A stretch of DNA of 64,000 bases, from positions 70,184,001-70,248,000 of the forward strand of contig OX597828.1 in the NCBI GenBank assembly GCA_951406725.2, read 5' to 3'. This stretch comes from Octopus vulgaris (lineage: Eukaryota). Positions 55,532-64,000 of the stretch are shown in pieces. The notes under the pieces are model-generated. The model saw only the letters and a program-made list of their open reading frames with translations, was not told the DNA's origin and ran no database searches. The translations under genes were made by a program, and so were the position numbers. The first letter of the stretch is position 1; every line of letters begins with the position of its first letter.

Positions 55532-56776
55532 AGTATTATGTACGTATGTATGTATGTGTGTATGTACATACATACTTACGCATGTATGTGTGTGTGTATG
55601 TATATATGTGTGTGTGTGTATTTAAATCTAAGTATATGCATGTACATGCGTGTGGGCATGTATGTGTGTATGTGTATGTATATATATATATACATATATA
55701 TATTCATTTATTTATTTATATATATGCATGTGTATTTATGTATATATATATGTAAGTATATGTATATGTGTATGCATTTAAATATATGTATATATATATA
55801 TGTATGTGTGTGTTTGTATATGTATATATATATATATATATTGTATATGTATATATATATATATATAAATATATATTTGTTCATTTTATATATATATATG
55901 TGTGTGTATATTTGTATACATGCATATATATATTTGTTTGTTTTTCTTTTAATATATGTATATACATACATACATACATAATACACACACACACACACAC
56001 ACACACTGCTCTGGGGACTATTGCTCTTATTGTTCCAAAATTCCTCAGACTAATGAAAGCTGCCATTTCTCACGGATTCCCATCAACTTTCTACAATTAC
56101 TTGGTATAGTTCTATTAATTTATTGATCTTCCTTGAGAAAATAGCTTTCTCCCACTGAAGTCTGAAATTTCTTCAGGTTTTTCCACTCAAGCCACTTCCA
56201 GTGCCAAACAACTAATTGATTTATTCTACACAAATCAGGAGAGAAATCTGATGCATCTCAGTTACATTTCGGTTTATCCTGGCACCCGGTTATATAAATG
56301 GCACCAACATATAGCAACTGACCAGAACTAATTATTGGATTTACAATCTGAGTGTCCATTCTTGTAAGAATTTAATTCAAATATTCAGCATGATGGATCC
56401 TGTTATCCTTCCAATCTTTTATACCTAACTTACTAAATTTTGGCATCACAATATTTTCACCTTATGAATATTCTTTAGGCCCAACATAGTTCTGTCTGTC
56501 TGTCTCATGCAGACAGTGACTCCCAGTAGATGGTTAAACTTTGGAAGTTGTATTCATTCTGATGTTTTTCTTAATCTGAGAAATAATTGTTTAATGATTG
56601 CATGTGAGGGTAGGGATAAAATGGCTGTGTTGTTAACAAATTTGCTTCATAATTATGTGCATTCAGCTTCAGCCACACTGCATGGTACTGGAGCAAGAGT
56701 ATTCTACTATAATACTGGGCCAACTAAAGCCTTGTGGATTTGGTAGATGGAAACTGAAAAACCCAAACCCATCGTA

Positions 56777-56851
<75 letters not shown>

Positions 56852-57523
56852 GTGTGTATATATCGCTTGACAACCAATGCTGGTGTGTCTATGTCCCCGT
56901 AACTTACCAGTTCAGCAAAAAATGTGACAGAATAAGTACTAGGCTTACCAAGAATAAGTCCAATTTGCTCGACTAAAGGCGGTGCTCCAGCATGGCCGTA
57001 ATCAAATGATTGAAACAAATAAAAGAATAAAAGAAAAAAAATATCTATATATACATATATGCAACTAGCTGGTATTCTGTTGATTATGATGATGAGGGTT
57101 CCATTCATTTGATGAACGGAGGAGCCTGCTTGTGGAATTCATGTGCAAGTGGCTGAACACTCCACAGACACGCGTACCCTTCACATTGTTCTCAAGGAGA
57201 TTGAGCAAGACACAGAATGTGACAAGGCTGGACCCTTTGAATTACAGGTACTGCACATTTTTGCCAGGTGAGTGGACTGGAGCCCCATGAAATAAAGAGA
57301 CTTGCTCAAGCACTTAATGTGCCACTGGTAAACAGATTCACAACTACACATGATAGGAACTTCTGACTGCCAAATTCAGTCACAAGTCTTCAGTCGGCTC
57401 AAGACTACAGCAGAAGGCCCTTACCCAAGGTGTCACACAGTGAGACTGAACCTGAAACCATGTGGTTGAGAAGCAGGTTTTCTAACCACACAGCCATGCT
57501 ATATATTAAAAATGGGGAAGGAT

Positions 57524-57597
57524 GGTTTATGGGATTACTTTAGGTTTTCCATCCATAAAGGGTTTAGCTTTATGGTGTCTCATCAGATCCCAAAACC
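57524..57597 (-). ncRNA. Hammerhead motif with long stems, slightly defective junction
   Basis: Minus strand: GGTTT-TGGGAT-CTGATGA-GACA-CCATAAAG(CTAAACC)CTTTATGG-ATG-GAAAA-CCTAAAG-TA-ATCCCA-T-AAACC. Confidence 0.6.
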
Positions 57598-57617
57598 TGT
57601 TGGCCAAAGACCTCTTA

Positions 57618-57658
<41 letters not shown>

Positions 57659-58591
57659 TAGTTGAGTATCCTGTTGTTGCCAGGCAATTTTCACAATAGA
57701 ATACCTTTATTTCAATTATTTTATGAGAAACTGGTTAGAGTTAGCATCAGGAAAGGTAGTCAGTTGTAAACAAAACCTCAATAATATATTTATCTAACCC
57801 ATGCTAGCATGGAGAAACAGATGTAAAAAGAAATAAATAACGAACAATTTCAAATGTAAAAAAAAACTGGTATCAAAAGCAAAAGAAATATCTCAAAGTT
57901 TAGAGAAGTGATTTGGGAGGTTTTGTTATAGGTTTTGCCGTTTCACTTTCACATTAACAGTAAACTGAGTAACTGTATAATCTATTTGAAACCTGTAAGG
58001 AAAAATATGCTAGTAAATTACCTAAAATGTATCTCATTTGAGTGCCAGGAGTGGGAGGAAAACATAAATTGGTTCCAGAATTTAAATAATTTTTCGTTTG
58101 TTTGAGGACTAAAGAATTGTTTGAAAATCTGACGTGTCTTTCGATTGCGGAGGAGAATATTTTTAACACACCCATTCTTGAAAGGTTAATTTTATTTATT
58201 TATTTTTTTTGTTTTTTCTTAATATCCTAACCTTTTTAATCCAACACACTTCAGTGGTCACGCTTTTGGCAAACTTCTATTTCTGTGAAAAATATTCTTC
58301 ATTTTTACTATCTTTCACTCAAAATCTTCAATTACCTTCACAATTTTTTTTTTCATGTAAAAACATTTAATATAACAGACTCTCTGGCAAATGCCATTCC
58401 TTGCAGAATTCCTCCAGGGCAATAAATTGACAAAAAGCAATGATTTTAATCTATCTTCCAAGACTTTCATCTTAGATTTCATTTTTAACTTCTCTAAACT
58501 TAAAATACGGCTACATTCCAGCATTTCCTGCACAAAATGTCAACTTGGCAGAAGTCAAAACCATTATTATTATTATTATTTTAATATATAA

Positions 58592-59690
58592 GATGGTGAA
58601 TTAGTAGAATCGTTAGCATGCTGGGCAAAATGCTTGGTTTCATTTTGTCCATCTTTGCGTTCTGAGTTCAAATTCTGCTGAGGTCGACTTTGCTTTTCAT
58701 CCTTTCAGGGTCATTAATACAAGTACCAGTTGAACACTGGGGTCAATATAATCTATTTATCCTCGCCCCTGAAAATGCTGGCCTTGTGCCAAAATTTGAA
58801 ATTATCATCATCATCATTATTATTGTTAATAATATTATTATTATTATTATTATCATTATTATTAAAAGTGAAGGCACATGGTGTAGTGGTTAAGGTATTC
58901 GGCTCATGGTCACAAGGTTGAGAGTTCGAATTCAAGTAACACCTTTGTGTCCTTGAGTAAGACACTTTATTTCACATTGCTGCAGTCCACTCAGCTGGCA
59001 AAACTGAGTTGTACCTGTATTTCTAAGGGCCAGCCTTAATCTCTACTTTAAGGGCCACTTCAGACTGTTTTGTTGAACTGACATTGTCATAACTGACAAA
59101 GAGCTGTGTCACTACTACTACTGGTATTACTACTACTATTAGGTTGTATCTCATCCTTTGATATTGTCCTTCTTGTCTTAGACCCTTGTGGCCAATAACA
59201 GAAATCCTCCTCCTCATCATCGTCATCATTATTATTATGATTGTTATTGTTATTATTATCAAGGCATTGAACTGGTAGAATCGTTAGCATGCCGGGAGAA
59301 ATGTGTAGTGGTATTTTGTCTGTCGCTATGTTCTGAGTTCAAATTCCACCGAGGTCGACTTTCACTTTCATCATTTCGGTGTCAATGAAATAAGTACCAG
59401 TTAAAAACTGTGATCGATTGTCCCACTCCCCACAAAAATACAGGAATTGTGTCTATAGTAGAAAGGATTATTATTGTTGTTGTTGTTATTAAAGTGGCAA
59501 GCTAGCAGAAACGTTAGCACACTGGATGAAATGCTTAGCAGTATTTCGTCTGTTGTTACGTTCTGAGTTCAAATTTTGCCGAAGTTGACTTTGCCTTTCA
59601 TCCTTTTGGGGTCAATAAATTAGTACTAGTTAAGTGCTGGGGTCAATGTGATTGACTGACCCCCTCCCCACAAAATCCAGGCCTTGTGTA
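58592..59690 (+). mobile_element. SINE cluster (family B x3, family D x1) joined by (TTA)n tails
   Basis: B copies at 58592-58800, 59262-59468 and 59492-59690. D copy at 58872-59035. Confidence 0.8.
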
Positions 59691-59735
59691 TTATTATTAT
59701 CATTATTATTATTATCATCATCATTATTATTATTA

Positions 59736-59786
<51 letters not shown>

Positions 59787-59789
59787 GGA

Positions 59790-60130
59790 TGGATCTGGCT
59801 GTCAACTGAATCCATTGTGAAGATCACTCTGCCGCCTTCCTTTAACCAGGAAGGAAAGGCTGTGCTTATTTGCCTGGTGACCATGACAAAAAAGGTTGTA
59901 TGGTGGACGAGATTGAAGGGGCAGAAGCCAATCCCTGATCAACTTCTTCAAGTTGAGAAGGAAAATAAGGGTAGAGAGGGAAGTGTTGTCTTCTAGCCAG
60001 TTTGCTGAAAGGTGGATGGAAGTGGCAAGAATGGTGCAAGTGAATGGACCTGCCCTGAGCATAGGCTTGTAGTTGGAAAAAAGGAAAGGAAAAGAGGCAC
60101 CTGCCCCAAAAGTCAGGGTACCCATGGTCT
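59790..60130 (+). mobile_element. Decayed LINE AP-endonuclease fragment
   Basis: ..WT......PDQLLQV...  and ..EHRLVVGK resemble the ID.ILV and SDHRLVV motifs of APE domains. Confidence 0.4.
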
Positions 60131-60688
60131 TTTATGGAGTTTTTTCCATGAGCAGACATCGAACGTCTCCTCCCTACTGAGGATCACACATTGTTGATTT
60201 TTGAAAATTTTGTTAGTTTTGTTTACATTCAAAACCCTCACAACACACACACATTCTTTGCTTCATCCTGTGCTGTCCATAATGTTTGTCTTAATGTAAA
60301 CCTTTGTGGTTAATAAAGAAATTATCATCATCATCATCATCATCATTATTATTACTATTATTATTATTTATCTCAGTTCAAATTCTTCTGAGGTTGGCTT
60401 CGCTTTTCATCTTTTCAGGATTGCCAAAATAAGCATCACTTGAGTACTGGAGCCAATGTAATCAAGTAGTTGTCTCCCGCCAAAATTTCAGGCCTTTTGC
60501 CTATCATAGAATAGGATTATTATTGTTGTTGTCGTTGTTGCTGTTGCTATTCTTCTTATCATTACTTGCTACTTGAGCAAATTGTCTGCTTTCAACTCAA
60601 GTGCCAATCTCTGGCAGAAATCTTCTTCCTTTTTTTTTTTTCTCTTTTCTTTTGTCTTCTTATTCAAATGTTCAATAATGTTTAATAG

Positions 60689-60831
60689 ATACAGCACAGA
60701 TTTCTCGTTTGCCACTGAGTGGTCAGCTGATACAGTGCGGCAAAATCGAACTATTTCATTTGACAGTCTCGCAGACAATAACAACAACAGCAGTAACCAG
60801 ATTCTGAAGAAATTGGTGATGGTCTGCGGCG
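60689..60831 (+). CDS. Possible internal exon (unverified)
   Basis: Pyrimidine tract then TTTAATAG acceptor. Open frame YSTDFSFATEWSADTVRQNRTISFDSLADNNNNSSNQILKKLVMVCG. Donor GCG|GTAATA. CpG-retaining unique sequence. Confidence 0.25.
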
Positions 60832-61118
60832 GTAATAAAATAAAAAAATAAATAATAAGGGAAAGTCACATGATATTTTACATATTTTAACTTGATTAAA
60901 TAAAACAGTTCCACCATTTTGAATGATTCCAGCAAATTTTCTTGATTTGGTCAAATATATCTGCTACATAATTTGTTATTGAGTAACAGGATTTCCAGTC
61001 TTTTAGATCTAAGCTTCAAGCCTGTTAATTTACAAACACAAATCGTTTAGAGAATGTTTTAATGGTTTCCCTGACAGATCAATAAGTGAGCGATTCTAAT
61101 TATGAACATAACTACAAC

Positions 61119-61533
<415 letters not shown>

Positions 61534-61979
61534 GTTTCCCTGCATATTTATCTACTCATCTCTCTCTTTCTGTACACACACACGCACACACTGATATATA
61601 TATATATATACACACATATATACATACATGTATATATATATATTTATAGATACACACACACACATATATATATATATATAGAAAGACATAGATATATGCA
61701 TATATGTATGTATGTGTGAGTATATAAATATACGTGTGTGTGTGTGTACAAATGTAGTATCATATAAGTATATATTTACACTGGCACATAGGTATGTACA
61801 GACATAAATGTATATTTGCCTGTCATGTATATATCAAGGGGTGACATCCAGACAATATTATCACCCGATCGAAACAGACTTCACTGAATAATTAAACTTG
61901 TTCCTGTTGTTCATGATGTGGGTTGTCGAAACACAGTTTACTCACACAGCAATGATGTTATACTAAAAATATATAATCA

Positions 61980-62265
61980 TCATCATCATCATCATTTAAC
62001 GTCCGTTCTCCATGCTAGCATGGGTTGGACGGTTCGACTGGGGTCTGGGAAACCAGGAGGCTACACCAGGCTCCAGTTTGATCTGGCAGTGTTTCTACAG
62101 CTGGATGCCTTTCCTAACGCCAACCACTCCGTGAGTGTAGTGGGTGTTTTTTATGTGCCACCGGCACAGGTGCCAAGGGAGGCTGGCAATGGCCACGATC
62201 AGTTGGTGTGTTTTACATGCCACCGGCATGGAAGCCAGTGAAGGCAACGCTGGCATCGGCTACGT
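61980..62265 (-). mobile_element. SINE family C, well-preserved copy
   Basis: (CAT)n-TTTAACGTCCG...CCATGCTAGCATGGGTTGGACGG...GGATGCC.TTCCTAACGCCAACCACTCC. Confidence 0.85.
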
Positions 62266-62593
62266 ATGGATGGTGATAATGATGATATATCACGATATAT
62301 AAAAACAATATCACTAAAGGGCATTGTATGTAAGATTTCATTGGTGCACATGGTGCTCAAAACTGCACATGGTCAAGATATTTCATGCATGCAGCAAGAA
62401 ATAGTTTTTATGTCCACTTGTCAAAGAACGAGACTACAACTTCAACACTTTAATAATGACAGATGCTACAGGCAGGAACCGGCTTCCTTTTTTTGTCTCT
62501 AAGTTAACTACATTCATGATGGCAGACAGATATTTTATACATGTATATATATGAGCGTGTATAAACATGTGTGTGCATATAAGAATTATAATT

Positions 62594-62625
<32 letters not shown>

Positions 62626-62850
62626 CATATATACATATACACACACACATATATGTGTGTGTGTTGTGTGTGTATATATAAATATATATATACATATACA
62701 CACACACATATATATGTGTGTGTGAGTGTGTGTTGTGTGTATGTATGTATAGTTGAAAAGTGTGTTTTTACATACATGAAGACAAGTAGGCATTAACCAA
62801 CTACAGGACTCAATACAAGCGTAAGGCCTTTCTCTTTTTAATTTTACTGA

Positions 62851-62892
62851 CAGTAACTTTGAAGTTTCACTGACTATATGGCTTATTAAAAC
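62851..62892 (-). ncRNA. Highly degenerate hammerhead remnant (GAAACTTCAAAGT family)
   Basis: Minus strand ...TTAATAA-GCCATATAGTCAGT-GAAA-CTTCAAAG-TT-ACTG. First core box lost. Confidence 0.3.
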
Positions 62893-62983
62893 CACTGAAC
62901 AGATTTAATAAGCCAAATACTCAGTAAGCTTTTGAAGTTACAGTCAATGAAATTACAATACATATACATACATACATATACAT

Positions 62984-63138
<155 letters not shown>

Positions 63139-63591
63139 CTCTGTTCCTCTCCTACATAGTGTCGTTAGCTTTCAAATATTCAAATATTCCTTTCTACATT
63201 AAACATGTTGACACTATCTCAAATATTGCTTTTCATGTAGAGGTGTATTGAATTTCTTTAATGTCAAAACTATTATATTTCCCTACGGCAAGCAATTCTG
63301 CCAGGAGATCTGACTAGCAGATAGTATCAGCAATTTGGGAAAAACCAATGGAAGACCAGTTTCCTTGGTTCGATCGGAAAATCAACTGCTACCACCATCA
63401 CAACCGCCGCCACCACCACTACCACCACCACCACCACCACCATCACCACCACCACCACCACCACTGCCACAACCACCACCACCACCACTGCCACTGCCAT
63501 TACTTTGCCAACTAATGAACAACTTTGTGAATTTACTCAATGATTATTTCATCACTGCTTCAGCAAGTACTCCATTGAAGTGTGTGTTTCA

Positions 63592-63623
63592 CTGATGAGT
63601 TCATAATAATATTGAAACATGTC
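63592..63623 (+). ncRNA. Hammerhead core without stem I
   Basis: CTGATGA-GTTCATAATAATATT-GAAA-CATG-TC. Intact boxes, palindromic ACATGT and a GUC site, but flanks and stem II do not pair. Confidence 0.4.
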
Positions 63624-64000
63624 ACAATTGTTTCCCATACGTTGATGAAATAATTAAGATGAGGTTGGCATCTGGAAGGGTATCCAGCCTTAGAAAAAAT
63701 TGCTCCAACGTATTCTCATAGAAGCCATGCAAACATGGAAATATTGACCTTAAAACGATGTTGCTGATGATGTTGAAGATGAAGATAATGATGCTGATGA
63801 TGATGATATTAGTCGTTGACTTGTTTTGTTTTTACCTCCTGACTGCATAATTTAGCTGAGTTGATATTTTTATTGTCTTAAATAATCTCAGCTAACTTAT
63901 CTGTCTGTGTGTCTTTATATCTGCCTCACCACATATTATCATGTACTCATCTCTTTTTACATTGTTGTTGTTGTTGTCATTGTATGCTAGCATGGGTTAA

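Noticed and set aside
56136-56186. Minus-strand CTGAAGA...GAAAGCTA hammerhead-like match
   Set aside because: Stem II does not pair and stem I is out of register, so it is probably chance.
57657-58540. Possible Helitron-like element (ACTAG...GTTGCC start, short minus-strand ORF)
   Set aside because: No diagnostic Rep/helicase motif or 3' hairpin could be identified.

Overview
AT-rich, microsatellite-saturated animal genomic DNA. The SINE repertoire suggests an octopus or other coleoid cephalopod, which is an inference. Almost every ORF in the supplied track is a translated simple repeat or SINE. The one well-supported host coding segment is a + strand internal exon at 45101-45320, missed by the ORF track, encoding the first six cysteines of a Piccolo/RIM-type (FYVE-related) zinc finger, so much of the window may be intron of a large presynaptic active-zone gene. 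Repeats include at least four SINE families, R4/Dong-, RTE-, gypsy- and Tc1-derived fragments, and piggyBac-type MITEs. The most striking hidden signal is about 14 type I hammerhead ribozyme (HHR) motifs or remnants from several families. They lie mostly in short non-coding elements inserted in (TA)n tracts, resembling Penelope-associated elements or retrozymes. Two of these elements are a ~0.5 kb unit plus ~115 bp terminal redundancy. One forms a 1.13 kb palindrome with an intact ribozyme core in each arm. Best-preserved cores are mostly antisense to the host exon, while sense copies are mostly broken. All calls were made by eye, and repeat coordinates are approximate.
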